Assembly: GCA_965248925.1 (NCBI GenBank)
Contig: CBDFLE010000006.1
Span: 3,296,001 to 3,360,000 of the forward strand
Direction of reading: 5' to 3'
From: Candidatus Multivoradales bacterium
GTDB taxonomy: Bacteria > Acidobacteriota > Thermoanaerobaculia > Multivoradales > J023
DNA length: 64,000 nt
Made by a program: the position numbers and the translations under genes. Numbering within the stretch: position 1 is the first letter of the stretch; every line of letters starts with the position of its first letter. The notes under the pieces are model-generated. The model ran no database searches. It saw nothing but the letters and a program-made list of their open reading frames with translations, and was not told where the DNA came from. Shown in pieces: positions 1 to 9,793 of this stretch.

Positions 1-1
1 G

Positions 2-1120
2 GTGACCAACTACACCTGGATGCCGATCAACATCCACCGAGTGATCGCCAATATTGCCTATGGCGGCTCGATCGCGGCGGCTTACGCGGCGTTCAAGTTC
101 TTGTCGGCGAAGACCGATGAGGAACGAGCACGGTACGACTGGATGGGCTACATCGGCAACTTCGTCGCCATCTGTGGCCTGCTGCCGCTGCCCTTCGCCG
201 GTTATTGGCTGGCGTCTGAGATCTACGCCTACTCACAGACCATGGGCCTGACCATGATGGGTGGCGCCTTTTCCTGGTTGTTCATCATTCAGGCGGTTCT
301 GATCGGCGCCCTCTTCTTGTTTGCCAACTGGTACCTGTGGACCGGCATGAAGAGGATTCCCGGTGCCGAGCGTTTCCGCCCCTACATCAAGTATCTGCTG
401 ATCGTCATCACCCTCTGCTTCCTGGTCTGGGCGACACCGCGTTCACCGATCACCACTGGTGAGGAAGTGCAGGCGATGGGCGGCTCGTCCCATCCGGCCC
501 TCGGTTACCTGGGGGTGATGTCGGCCAAGAACACTGCCGTCAACCTGCTGATCTTGACCACCTTCATCAGTTTCTTGCTCTACCGTCGCAGTGGTCGCAT
601 GCCGACCGTCAAGTGGGCCAAACGGGGCAACCAGGTGCAATCGGCGATCTTTATCGCCGCGGCGGGAGCAGTGTTGTTCATCGGCGTCTTGGGTTACTTC
701 GTCGAAGCCAAGGTGAGGATCGGTCTGTCGCGGCCGCAAGTCGGTTCGGTTTTGCTCGCCATGCTGTTGGTCACCCTGATCGACGTGTTCATGATGCGCA
801 AGGCGAAGACCACCGAGACCGATTGGGGCAAGATCTCGCCAATCTCCCAGTATCTGCTGATCGGCTTGGCAGTGACCTTCACTTGGCTGATGGGCCTGAT
901 GGGCTATTTGCGGGCAGGATTGAAGCAGCACTGGCATGTCTACGGCATCGTCCGCGACACTTCGCCCGACGCCTTCACGCCGACCTTGGGCTACGCCACC
1001 CAAGTGGTGTCGGCGACGGTGTTGATCTTCTTCGCCATGATCGGTTTCATTTTCTGGCTGGCTAGCCTGTCGGAGAAGAGACCCTGGGCGCCAGCGTCAA
1101 TATCTGGTACCAAGAGTTAG
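2..1120 (+). CDS. Cytochrome bd-like terminal oxidase subunit I (CydA-like), 5'-partial
   Basis: Polytopic membrane protein. It has IHRVIANI (conserved His) and MGYLRAGLKQHWHVYG (divergent equivalent of the CydA GRQPW region). It resembles the bd-like proteins of Nitrospira/anammox-type clusters, is followed by cytochrome c genes and runs off the window start. Confidence 0.75.
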   Translation: MTNYTWMPINIHRVIANIAYGGSIAAAYAAFKFLSAKTDEERARYDWMGYIGNFVAICGLLPLPFAGYWLASEIYAYSQTMGLTMMGGAFSWLFIIQAVLIGALFLFANWYLWTGMKRIPGAERFRPYIKYLLIVITLCFLVWATPRSPITTGEEVQAMGGSSHPALGYLGVMSAKNTAVNLLILTTFISFLLYRRSGRMPTVKWAKRGNQVQSAIFIAAAGAVLFIGVLGYFVEAKVRIGLSRPQVGSVLLAMLLVTLIDVFMMRKAKTTETDWGKISPISQYLLIGLAVTFTWLMGLMGYLRAGLKQHWHVYGIVRDTSPDAFTPTLGYATQVVSATVLIFFAMIGFIFWLASLSEKRPWAPASISGTKS

Positions 1121-1148
1121 CGCAAGCGAACTGGAAAGCTCAGAAACC

Positions 1149-1880
1149 ATGAAGATACCGCTCACAGTGCAGATGCTGCTGATCGCCGTCGGCCTGACCA
1201 GCTTCTACATGATGCTCGGCCAGGCGGTGCCGCAGAACGAAGTCCATCCGCCGGAAGTCATCGAGTTGGCCGACGATCTGTCGACCGCCGAGATGGTCGA
1301 CATCGGCAAGGGGATTTTCGACGGCAAGGGAATCTGCGTTACTTGCCACAATGGCTCGGCCCGATTTCCCGACCTGGCGGGCATCGCCACCCGCGCCGGC
1401 AGCCGCATTCCCGGCTACACCGCCCTCGACTATCTGGCCGAAACCCTGTACGAGCCCGACATCTTCATCGTCGAGGGCTTCACCAAGGGCATGCCAAAGA
1501 TCAACAAACCGCCCATCGGTCTGACCGACGACGAGATCTTGGCGGTCATCGCTTATCTGCAAACTCTCGGTGGCCAGGCAACTGTGACCATGGAGACTTT
1601 GACCGCCTACAACGGCGGCGTCCGTGGCGGTGGCGAGGCGGTGGCGGCTGGCGAAGAAGCGCTGGTGACTGCCGCCGATAGCGCTCCACCCTCGCCGTTG
1701 GATACCCACGGCTGTGCCAGTTGTCACGATGGCTCGCAGGCCAGCCCATTCGATGGGATCTCCGGCCGTTTGGACCGCTCACAGCTGCTGTTGGCGATCG
1801 CCGATCACCCGCCGGGTGGCAACACCGAGAACGTGACCGTGGCGCAGGCGCAAACCCTGGCCGACTTCCTAGCGCAATGA
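1149..1880 (+). CDS. Membrane-anchored diheme cytochrome c
   Basis: N-terminal TM helix; two CxxCH motifs (CVTCH, CASCH); candidate Met ligand in KGMP. Confidence 0.85.
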   Translation: MKIPLTVQMLLIAVGLTSFYMMLGQAVPQNEVHPPEVIELADDLSTAEMVDIGKGIFDGKGICVTCHNGSARFPDLAGIATRAGSRIPGYTALDYLAETLYEPDIFIVEGFTKGMPKINKPPIGLTDDEILAVIAYLQTLGGQATVTMETLTAYNGGVRGGGEAVAAGEEALVTAADSAPPSPLDTHGCASCHDGSQASPFDGISGRLDRSQLLLAIADHPPGGNTENVTVAQAQTLADFLAQ

Positions 1881-1890
1881 GAGGCGTCGG

Positions 1891-2700
1891 ATGAATTGGA
1901 TTGTCTTATTGCTGTTCGCCGCCTCCCTGGTGGTTCTGCGTTTCCTGCGGGTGAAGATGCTGGTGTGGTTGGCTGCCTGGTGGGTCGGCACCTTCATCGT
2001 TTTCCGCTATGGCTTCACAGTGCCTATTCCGGTTTCGGTGCTGAAGATCTACATGGGGATCATCACCTTTTCGTTGCTGGCCTACGTGCTCGCCGATGGT
2101 GAACGCATCGATAGCGTTTTTGGTCCGGTCACCGCCTTCATGACCGAGCGTCGCTTTGCTCCCCACCTGGCATTGGTGGTGTTGGCGCTGCCGGCGCTGG
2201 CGGCGTTTCAGATCTACGGTCAGATGACCTCCACGCCGCTAGCCCCGAGCTTTGGACGTACGGTGCACCCGGCGCCGCCGGAAGATATCGACGTCCATGG
2301 CACCACCTACCCGGTGTCGACCATGGACAATCCCTTCCGTGGGCTCGAAACCAGCGATCCCGAGGCCTTCAAACTCCGGGTCGAGCACGGTCGCGAGGTC
2401 TACTACAGCAATTGCCTGTGGTGCCACGGTGATTTGATGGCCGGCGCCGGCATGTTCGCCCACGGGCTAAATCCAATCCCGACCAGTTTCGAAGATCCCA
2501 ACACCATCGCTGCGCTGCGCGAAGCCTTCCTTTTCTGGCGTATCGCCAAGGGCGCTCCTGGGCTACCGGAGGAAGGCGGACCTTGGGATTCGGCGATGCC
2601 GGCGTGGGAAAACTTCCTCAGCGAAGAGGAAATTTGGGACGTAATCATCTTCCTCTACGACTTCACCGAGTACCGCCCACGGGCAGTGGGGCTGCACTGA
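1891..2700 (+). CDS. Membrane-bound monoheme cytochrome c
   Basis: About 4 N-terminal TM segments, CLWCH, distal SAMPAW motif. Confidence 0.85.
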   Translation: MNWIVLLLFAASLVVLRFLRVKMLVWLAAWWVGTFIVFRYGFTVPIPVSVLKIYMGIITFSLLAYVLADGERIDSVFGPVTAFMTERRFAPHLALVVLALPALAAFQIYGQMTSTPLAPSFGRTVHPAPPEDIDVHGTTYPVSTMDNPFRGLETSDPEAFKLRVEHGREVYYSNCLWCHGDLMAGAGMFAHGLNPIPTSFEDPNTIAALREAFLFWRIAKGAPGLPEEGGPWDSAMPAWENFLSEEEIWDVIIFLYDFTEYRPRAVGLH

Positions 2701-4469
2701 TGCGCTGGCGTGTGGTGCTTACCTTCGCTCTGCTGCTGGTTGCCCTGGCTGGATCGGCGAGCGCCGACCTGGAGCAGGGCAAAGCGGTCTATGACAAGTA
2801 CTGCGGCCACTGTCACGGCGCCGAGGGTGACGGCCAGGGGGTGGCGGCGCCTTTCCTGAAGCCGGCGCCGCGCAATTTCACCAGCGGCAAGTACAAGATC
2901 CGGCACACCCCGACTGGCTACATGCCCACCGATGAGGATCTGATTCGCTCGGTTGCGGTCGGCTTACCTTACACCTCGATGCCAGGTTTTGCGGACGCCT
3001 TGAGCGACGCCGAGATCGCCTCGGTGGTGGAATATCTCAAGACCTTTTCTGCCGACTTCGAAGATCCCGAAGCCTTCGCCGAGCCAATTCCGATCCCTGA
3101 GCCGCCGCCCTTGACCGCCGAGTCGGTAGAGCGTGGCACGGAACTCTACGTCGAGACCGGCTGTGGCGCCTGTCATGGCGAGGTCGGCTTGGGCGATGGT
3201 AGCTCGGCTCCGACCCTGGTCGACGATTGGGGTGTACACATCAAGGTGGCCGACCTGTCGCTGCCGTGGACCTTCCGTGGTGGCAGCACCCGCAAAGACA
3301 TTTTCCGTACCATGTCGAGTGGCTTCAACGGCACCCCGATGCCAGGCTTTCACGGCGCCCTGCCGCCGGAGGATATCTGGGGCATTGTCGACTACATCGT
3401 GTCCTTGTCCGACGGCGCCAGCGAAGCGGCCTACGACAATCTGGTGCGAGCGGTGGGCTACGATGGTGACCTCGACCTCGCCTTGGGCGATGAGCTATTC
3501 GCCGCTGCGCCGCCGGCAATATTCGCGGTCATTGGCCAGATCATCGAGCCTGGGCGAAACTTCTATCCGGCGACCACCGCGGTGCAAGTTCAGGCGGTCT
3601 ACACACCGTCCGAGATCGCCTTCCGCATCAGCTGGCACGACATGCGTGCCGAGACCTCGGGTAGCAACGCACCAGACCTGCCGGCACCCGCTTGGCTCGA
3701 AGAACTCGCCGGCCAAAGTGCGGGCGGCGCCACAGATGCCGACGATGAAGGCGGTGACTTCTGGGGCGAAGAAGAGTCAGCCGACGATGAAGGCGGTGGC
3801 TTCTGGGGCGAGGAAGAGGTCGGCGGCGACGATGGTGATGCCGACTTCTGGGGTGAAGAAGAGGAGGGTGGCGAAGGTGACTTCTGGGGCGATGACGACG
3901 ACTCGAGCGGCACCCCGGCTGTCACGGGCCCCAGCAACGAGTTTTCCGATGCCATAGCCATCCAGTTCCCACAGACTCTGCCAGAGGGGATTCGCAAGCC
4001 GTACTTCTTGTTCGGCGACGCGCAGAACCCGGTCGAGCTGTGGTTTGCCGACCTGGGTAAGGCTAGCGGTCAGACTTACGTCGGACGGGGTAGTGTCGCC
4101 GTTACTCCGAGCGACGGGATTCAGCCCCAAGTTAATGCCAAATACGAGCAGGGCGAGTGGTCGGTGATTTTCAAACGCCAGCGCGAGGTGCGCGGCGGTA
4201 TTTCTTTCGCCCCCGATACGTTTGTACCGATCGCCCTGTCGGTGTGGGATGGGTTCAACCGCGAGCGGGGCAATCGCCGCGGCCTGACCCGTTGGTACTA
4301 CCTCTACATGGAGCCGCTTGAGCGGCCTTCTCCGTTAGGCCCGATGGCCAAGGCTGCCTTGGGCGTGTTGATTTTCGAGCTGCTACTCATCGGCCTGGTG
4401 CGTTTCGTGCGCCGGCGCCGTCAACAAGACTTCACCCTGGACGGTGATGCCGTCCCGTCCACCAGCTAG
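2700..4469 (+). CDS. Diheme cytochrome c fused to an ethylbenzene-dehydrogenase-gamma/DOMON-like domain, with C-terminal TM anchor
   Basis: The ATG at 2700 overlaps the upstream TGA. Signal peptide, CGHCH and CGACH, each followed by an MPGF motif. EB_dh-like motifs FRISWHD, DAIAIQFP, WSVIFKR, SVWDG. Acidic FWG-repeat insertion. Confidence 0.8.
   Translation: MRWRVVLTFALLLVALAGSASADLEQGKAVYDKYCGHCHGAEGDGQGVAAPFLKPAPRNFTSGKYKIRHTPTGYMPTDEDLIRSVAVGLPYTSMPGFADALSDAEIASVVEYLKTFSADFEDPEAFAEPIPIPEPPPLTAESVERGTELYVETGCGACHGEVGLGDGSSAPTLVDDWGVHIKVADLSLPWTFRGGSTRKDIFRTMSSGFNGTPMPGFHGALPPEDIWGIVDYIVSLSDGASEAAYDNLVRAVGYDGDLDLALGDELFAAAPPAIFAVIGQIIEPGRNFYPATTAVQVQAVYTPSEIAFRISWHDMRAETSGSNAPDLPAPAWLEELAGQSAGGATDADDEGGDFWGEEESADDEGGGFWGEEEVGGDDGDADFWGEEEEGGEGDFWGDDDDSSGTPAVTGPSNEFSDAIAIQFPQTLPEGIRKPYFLFGDAQNPVELWFADLGKASGQTYVGRGSVAVTPSDGIQPQVNAKYEQGEWSVIFKRQREVRGGISFAPDTFVPIALSVWDGFNRERGNRRGLTRWYYLYMEPLERPSPLGPMAKAALGVLIFELLLIGLVRFVRRRRQQDFTLDGDAVPSTS
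3738..3905 (+). repeat. Four acidic (D/G)FWG(E/D)n coding repeats
   Basis: GGDFWGEEES / GGGFWGEEEV / DADFWGEEEE / EGDFWGDDDD. The first two units are near-identical ~39-bp DNA repeats at 3738 and 3780. Confidence 0.9.
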
Positions 4470-4484
4470 AGCTGGGAGAAACGA

Positions 4485-6620
4485 ATGTACGACAACATTT
4501 ACGTACCCGTCGATAACTCGGACTTTTCAAATCGGGCGGTGCACAATGCCCTGGCTCTCGGCAAGTCTTTCGACTCCAAGCTCACCGGTTGCCACGTCTA
4601 CGCGGCGCGGATGCACGACTACCGTTTCAAGCAAATGGAGTTCACCTTGCCCGAGGAGTACCTCGAAGAGAACGAGCTTGAGCGCCAGCGCAAAATCCAC
4701 GACAGCCTGATTACCATGGGGCTGGAGTTGATCTCCGACTGCTACCTCTCCAGCATGGAGCAGCTGTGCCAGGCACAGCAAGTGGCGTTCGAGAAGAAGA
4801 TGATGGATGGCAAGCACTCGACCGAGATCTTGAAAGATCTGGCCGACTCCGACTACGACTTGGTGGTGATGGGAGTGCTAGGCATCGGTCGCACCCGCGA
4901 CAGCCAGATCGGCTCGGTGTGCCAGCGAGTCACCCGCGAGGTTGATCGCGACATCTGGGTGGTGAAGCACCTGCCAGAGAAGGGCGAGTCCGAGCGCGAC
5001 ACCATCTTGGTGGGGGTCGATGGCAGCCCTCAATCCTTCGGCGCTTTGCACACCGCGATCGACCTGGCCAAGCGTTTCGACAAGAAGATCGAGCTGATTT
5101 CGGTCTACGACCCCTACCTGCACTACGCTGTGTTCAAGGGCATTGTCGAGGTTTTGACCGACAAGGCGGCCAAGGTGTTCCGCTTCGAAGAGCAGAATCA
5201 GCTGCACGAAGAAGTCATCGACACCGGCCTGGCCGAGATCTACCAGTCGCACCTCAACGTCGCCGAGAAGATGGCGCGGGAAGCCGGTGTCGAGGCCACC
5301 AAGACTCTGCTCGACGGCAAGGCGTTCCAGAAAGTGCTCGACCATGTGCGCAAAGTCGAGCCCTGGCTGTTGGTGGTGGGCCGCAAAGGCGTGCACGCTG
5401 AAGAAGACGAGACTGGCCTCGGTTCGAACACCGACAACCTGTTGCGTTTGTGTCCTTGCGACATCCTGCTGTCGACCCGTGAAGAGGTGCCGGAACTCGA
5501 CATCAAGGCCGAAGAATCGATCCATTGGACCGACGAAGCCGAAGCGCGGATGGGCCGGGTGCCGCAGCAGGCCAAGGGCATAGCCCGCACCGCCATCCTG
5601 CGCTTGGCGATCGAAAAAGGCCACTCGGTGGTGACCAGCGACCTGGTGACCGAGGCGATGGACCGCTTCATGCCCAAGAATGCCGCCGCGCGCACCGAGA
5701 AGCTGGCCGAAGCCTTGGCCTTCGAACGGGCGCGTGAGACCTCCGCCGCAATTTGCAAGAAGTGTGGGGTTACCGCCAAAGATGCCAAACCGGTCAAATG
5801 CACCGTCTGTGACGGCACTGAATTCGAGGCCATTACTTCCGAGATGATCGATCAGATCGTCGCTGCCGAGGGCGGCGCGGAAGAGGAAACCACCTACGAT
5901 GGCCGCAAGCTGCGCTGGACCCAGGAATCGCGCAAGGCCCTGCGAATGCTGACCGACGCCTACCAGCGCCGCCGCGCCAAGGCGCGGATCGAGAAGTCGG
6001 CCCGCGGCAACAAGCTGAACACCATAACCCTCGAATTCGCTCGTCGCTTCATCGAGGAAGAAGGCGGCGTGCTCTACGAGGTCGCCGATGCTCCGGTGCC
6101 GAACGCGGCCGACAAGGCCCGCGCCACCGCCGCGCCTGAAGCTGAAGCCGTGGTCGACGATCCCGAGCTCAAGATGCTCGGCCGCGACCGCAAGAACGTG
6201 CCTCTGCTATCGCGCCTCGACTATAGCGAGCGCGCCATCGAGAGGATCTTGCGAGTGCCCGGTGGCTTCATGCGCGACCGCACCCAAAAGCGAATCGAAG
6301 AACTCGCCAGCGAGCGCGGTTCGACACGAATCGACTTCGCTCTGATCGAAGAGGGCATCAAATTCGGCATGCAGCAGATGGAAGCCATGCTCGGCCAGCA
6401 CGGCGGCGCCTCGCCGGAGATGAAGAAGCACGACGCCGGGGTGGCGGCGCAGGGCAAGGAAGCCAACGGCCAGCAGGCGGCGAGTGGCGAATGCCCGGTC
6501 GATCTCGAAGCCGAGGCCAAGGCCAACGGCTCCGCTGAGCTGGCCCTCAACGAGGTCGGCGTGATGTCCGAGTTGGAGAAGAAGCGGCGTCAGCTAGGTG
6601 CCGAGCCTAGCGATGCCTGA
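4485..6620 (+). CDS. Tandem universal stress protein (USP) domains + three PCP_red (BchB/ChlB C-terminal-like) domains + CxxC...CxxC knuckle
   Basis: USP motifs IYVPVDNS, ILVGVDGS, LVVMG, GSVC, GSNT. Helical repeats HWTDEAEARMGRVP, RWTQESRKAL, DYSERAIERILRVPGGFMR. CKKC...CTVC; C-terminal CPV. Confidence 0.8.
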   Translation: MYDNIYVPVDNSDFSNRAVHNALALGKSFDSKLTGCHVYAARMHDYRFKQMEFTLPEEYLEENELERQRKIHDSLITMGLELISDCYLSSMEQLCQAQQVAFEKKMMDGKHSTEILKDLADSDYDLVVMGVLGIGRTRDSQIGSVCQRVTREVDRDIWVVKHLPEKGESERDTILVGVDGSPQSFGALHTAIDLAKRFDKKIELISVYDPYLHYAVFKGIVEVLTDKAAKVFRFEEQNQLHEEVIDTGLAEIYQSHLNVAEKMAREAGVEATKTLLDGKAFQKVLDHVRKVEPWLLVVGRKGVHAEEDETGLGSNTDNLLRLCPCDILLSTREEVPELDIKAEESIHWTDEAEARMGRVPQQAKGIARTAILRLAIEKGHSVVTSDLVTEAMDRFMPKNAAARTEKLAEALAFERARETSAAICKKCGVTAKDAKPVKCTVCDGTEFEAITSEMIDQIVAAEGGAEEETTYDGRKLRWTQESRKALRMLTDAYQRRRAKARIEKSARGNKLNTITLEFARRFIEEEGGVLYEVADAPVPNAADKARATAAPEAEAVVDDPELKMLGRDRKNVPLLSRLDYSERAIERILRVPGGFMRDRTQKRIEELASERGSTRIDFALIEEGIKFGMQQMEAMLGQHGGASPEMKKHDAGVAAQGKEANGQQAASGECPVDLEAEAKANGSAELALNEVGVMSELEKKRRQLGAEPSDA

Positions 6621-6638
6621 ACTCTGGGTAGAGAGGCG

Positions 6639-7170
6639 CTAGGCGGCGGGATCGAAAGCGCTGCGGATCCTGCCGCGCCGGTCGCGGTTCTCATCGTCAC
6701 AAGGTGAGAGCAACGAGAAACAGTGTCCAGCTCCGTCGACTAGAAGCAGTAAACCGTGACGAGTGAGAACGTCGCGACCGAGCAACATGTCTTCTAGTCC
6801 CGGTATCCATGGCAGCTGAAGACCTTCGACCCGATCATCCTTCTCTTGCATGCCGAGTCCGATCGAGTCGTTCGGATTCAGCTTCTTGCCGGCAATTTCC
6901 AGGCTAATGCCCTCGCGGATGACTCCGCGGTTGGATAGCAGTGGCCTGGTGTAGCAGCCTTCTCGGTCTGCTACACCCTGGAGCCAGCGCATACTGAGCA
7001 TAGTCCTGTCGGCGCCAGGATCTACAAAAGCCTCGGCCTTGATCCGCCGATTGTCGAGCCAGCGCTCGAATTGGATGCCGACAGTCAGGACAAGTCCTTG
7101 AGCATTCGGTTCTGCGGCACTCTGAGGATCTACGGATCGGTGGTATTCGGATACCCCAAGGGGGTGCTCA
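6639..7170 (-). CDS. Retropepsin-like aspartyl protease; start uncertain, possible frameshift near the 5' end
   Basis: AFVDPGADRTML (D-[TS]-G-like) and MLLGRDVL motifs. The coupled ATG at ~7171 is one base out of frame across a CCCCCTTGGGG run. Confidence 0.6.
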
Positions 7171-7692
7171 TGGGCGAGGATCAAGATCGCTACCCTCCGC
7201 CAGCGGGCTGCGAGCCAGGGACCGGCCTCGCATGATTCCGGCACCGGCAGCCGCTCCCCCAGGCTCCACGATCACCGGATAGCACCCGCCGTCCGGTGAA
7301 AAGGCGAGATCGTAGGGCTCCAGGATCTCCTCTAGATGAGGAGAGTGGCAGACTACTTCCATGCCGGAGAAGACGACATGCTCGCCTGGGAACTCGGAAT
7401 GAGCCAGTGCTTCCTGGCGATCCGCCAGAGTCGGCCGACCGGTTTCTTTTGCGGCGGTGAGTGTATTCGAGTCGACCAGCCTACCTATCAGCGCTTGTGG
7501 AGCTTGCAGACCAAGCGCGAGATCACCGCAGCGCAACGATCCGGGGGATAGGCCCAGCGTTTTCTCGACTGCCGCTTCGGAGTGTCCGCAAGAGCAGGCC
7601 TGCTCGTGCTCTTCCAAGCGAGCGAAATCGGCTACCGACGGCTCCTGCTCTTCCAAGCGAGCGACCCAATCATCGTAGGCCTTGCAGCTCAT
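7168..7692 (-). CDS. Putative zinc-binding anti-sigma-like N-terminus fused to a DUF5678-like domain
   Basis: MSC...LEEHEQACSCGH resembles the ZAS HxxxCxxC motif. C-terminal FPGEHVVFSGMEVVCHSPHLEEI resembles DUF5678, which is often found next to aspartyl proteases. Confidence 0.45.
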   Translation of the reverse strand: MSCKAYDDWVARLEEQEPSVADFARLEEHEQACSCGHSEAAVEKTLGLSPGSLRCGDLALGLQAPQALIGRLVDSNTLTAAKETGRPTLADRQEALAHSEFPGEHVVFSGMEVVCHSPHLEEILEPYDLAFSPDGGCYPVIVEPGGAAAGAGIMRGRSLARSPLAEGSDLDPRP

Positions 7693-7851
7693 GAAGTCGG
7701 ATTCTTGTGCCGGTGCGATTCGTGGGCGATGGTCAACTAATAGGCTCATACTAATTAAAGCGAGGCAAACGGCCAAAGCGTAACCAAGATCGAGATGCAG
7801 CTGCTAGATAGACCTCCAAGGCTGACCTCCAGTAGAGTACAAGGCGTAGAC

Positions 7852-8457
7852 ATGTCTGATATCAATACGATGGGGCAGCTGGAGGATTGCCTGCGCCGAG
7901 CCGAGGGGACGGAGCGGCGTGAGTTGTTCTCGAAGCTGAGTCAAGCGTACGCCCAGGAGCTTTCTGCCAGCGCGATCAAATGGGCGGTCGCCCGGCGCAC
8001 CGCAGAGCCGATAGCAGATGGTCAGGAGGCTTTCAGTCGGGCCTTCATACTCTTGGCGGAAAAGCTGCATGAACTTGATTTCAGCAGAAAAACACTCTTG
8101 TACCTCTTCAAGGGCAAGATTTGGTCTGAGCTGGGCCATCTGAAGGCGCAGCGCCATCGGGATAACCAACGTCTGAAGAGCTTCCAGATAGACGATTCGC
8201 CTGCAAGTGACCGAAGACCAAACCAGGGGATTGAGCTGAGCGAGCAGCTCGCCAAGTTGCGCAATGCCACCCACAGTGCCAAGGAACGCCGCCTGCTACA
8301 AGCTTGGCTGTTACAGAAGAGCGGCTGGACCTGGACCGAAGCTGCCGAGACGGTGAGCTGGCCTGGGTCACGGGAGAGCCTGAGAGTTTCTTGCTCGAGA
8401 CTAATAGTCAAGCTGAAAACTAGGGGGCGGGGGCGACCGAGTGGGATTCAGCGATAG
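7852..8457 (+). CDS. Divergent sigma-70 ECF-like / HTH protein
   Basis: Region-2-like ADGQEAFSRAFILL and region-4-like GWTWTEAAETV...LRVSCSRL; divergent from the anti-sigma-like gene. Confidence 0.5.
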   Translation: MSDINTMGQLEDCLRRAEGTERRELFSKLSQAYAQELSASAIKWAVARRTAEPIADGQEAFSRAFILLAEKLHELDFSRKTLLYLFKGKIWSELGHLKAQRHRDNQRLKSFQIDDSPASDRRPNQGIELSEQLAKLRNATHSAKERRLLQAWLLQKSGWTWTEAAETVSWPGSRESLRVSCSRLIVKLKTRGRGRPSGIQR

Positions 8458-8675
8458 GCGTGGCTGTGGTGGGCTATGCGGACTTCCTCCCAGTCCAAGA
8501 CCGGGTCGCCAGGATCTTGCAGTCGTTCCTGGGCTATCCGCAGATCTTCGTGGTCGTCCAGGTAGGCTTCGATGGCTTGCCGAATCACTTGGGCGCGCCG
8601 GCGCATGAGGCGCCGCGCGGCAGCGTCGAGTTCATGGACGAGTTGATCTGGGATGCGGGCGGTGATTTGAGACAT
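8448..8675 (-). CDS. Ribbon-helix-helix antitoxin (RelB/CopG-like), orphan
   Basis: MSQITARIPDQLVHELD...VIRQAIEAYLDDHEDLRIAQERL...WEEV is typical of RHH antitoxins. No toxin gene follows. Confidence 0.7.
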   Translation of the reverse strand: MSQITARIPDQLVHELDAAARRLMRRRAQVIRQAIEAYLDDHEDLRIAQERLQDPGDPVLDWEEVRIAHHSHAYR

Positions 8676-8769
8676 GATTACTCCGAGGGTCACACTAACA
8701 CGGCAGGTATTTCCGGGATCACTGAGCCGCGGGTGTCGCCTACTCAGACCGAACTTCGACTTCGCTCGC

Positions 8770-9636
8770 TCAAGAAGACTCGCCGAGCTGCCTCAGCCGG
8801 CGATACAGCTCACGCAGGGGCTGGTCGGGCTGGTGGAAGTCGAGGAAGCGGTCGAGGTGGTCGAGGGCGGGGGTCAGCCGCACCACCTTGCACCATTCGA
8901 GGAACGGCACCAGCAGGGGAGTGGCGTTCTGCAACTCCAGGCGTAACAGCTGGGCGGTGATGCCGCCTTCTTCCAGGAAGCCCGAGCTGCTATAGATCGC
9001 TAGGATCTCGCCTAGTTCGTAGGGCACTTGCCGGGGCTCGATCTGCCAGCTGTCGCCATCCCGTTCGAGAATGGCGTATTGGGCGCGGTGGTCGCGATTG
9101 AAGGGTAGGCCAACCGAGCCGACGTTGACCACTCGCCCCGCCGTGGTGTCGCGGATCAGCGGCCGGTGGGTGTGGGCGCAGACTAGCAGCGGTTCGGGAA
9201 TCGACTGCAAATGGCCGTGAAGCTCTTGGTCATCGGTCCAGGGGCCAATGCCGTCGCGGTTGGATCGTGGTGTGCCATGCACTATTCGCAGGGCTGGGCG
9301 GGTCAGTGCCAGGGGCAGAGCGGCGATGTATTCGATGTCTTGGGTGCTGAGATCGGCGGCCATGAATCGCGCTGCCGCCCATTCTTCGGTCGCCAACCAG
9401 TCGTCGGGAATCTCGCCGCGGCGAAAATCCAGCAAGTAATCTTCGTGGTTGCCTCGCAGAGCCGCGCAGCCGAGCCGACGAATCCGCTGTACCACCCGGC
9501 TTCCTTGGGGGCCGCGGCCGACCAGGTCTCCTGCCACCAGCAGCTCGTCGATCGCCTGCTGGTCGATATCGCGCAACACGGCGTCCAGAGCCGGCATGTT
9601 GCCGTGGATGTCGGCGATGATCGCGAGACGGGACAT
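8770..9636 (-). CDS. Metallophosphoesterase (calcineurin-like)
   Basis: DIHGN, GDLV, GNHE, HG and AHTH motifs. Confidence 0.9.
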   Translation of the reverse strand: MSRLAIIADIHGNMPALDAVLRDIDQQAIDELLVAGDLVGRGPQGSRVVQRIRRLGCAALRGNHEDYLLDFRRGEIPDDWLATEEWAAARFMAADLSTQDIEYIAALPLALTRPALRIVHGTPRSNRDGIGPWTDDQELHGHLQSIPEPLLVCAHTHRPLIRDTTAGRVVNVGSVGLPFNRDHRAQYAILERDGDSWQIEPRQVPYELGEILAIYSSSGFLEEGGITAQLLRLELQNATPLLVPFLEWCKVVRLTPALDHLDRFLDFHQPDQPLRELYRRLRQLGESS

Positions 9637-9793
9637 GACCCGCCCAGGCTACCGTCCGCCATGCTGTCGGGCAAGCACCGCGACTCATTACCCACAGTAG
9701 ATTGCCAGGGCGTCACCTCCTGGGATAGCCTACCAAGAAAGATCTTGGGATGTTCCACGCCACATTCTCTAGCTAATACTCACCTGGGTTCCG

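Noticed and set aside
2-4469. Nitrite oxidoreductase or anammox capacity
   Set aside because: No molybdopterin catalytic or Fe-S beta subunit in the window; resemblance of accessory genes is insufficient.
4485-6620. Photosynthesis or chlorophyll synthesis suggested by BchB-like PCP_red domains
   Set aside because: Only the small C-terminal domain is present. There are no BchN/BchB catalytic domains or other bch/chl genes in the window.
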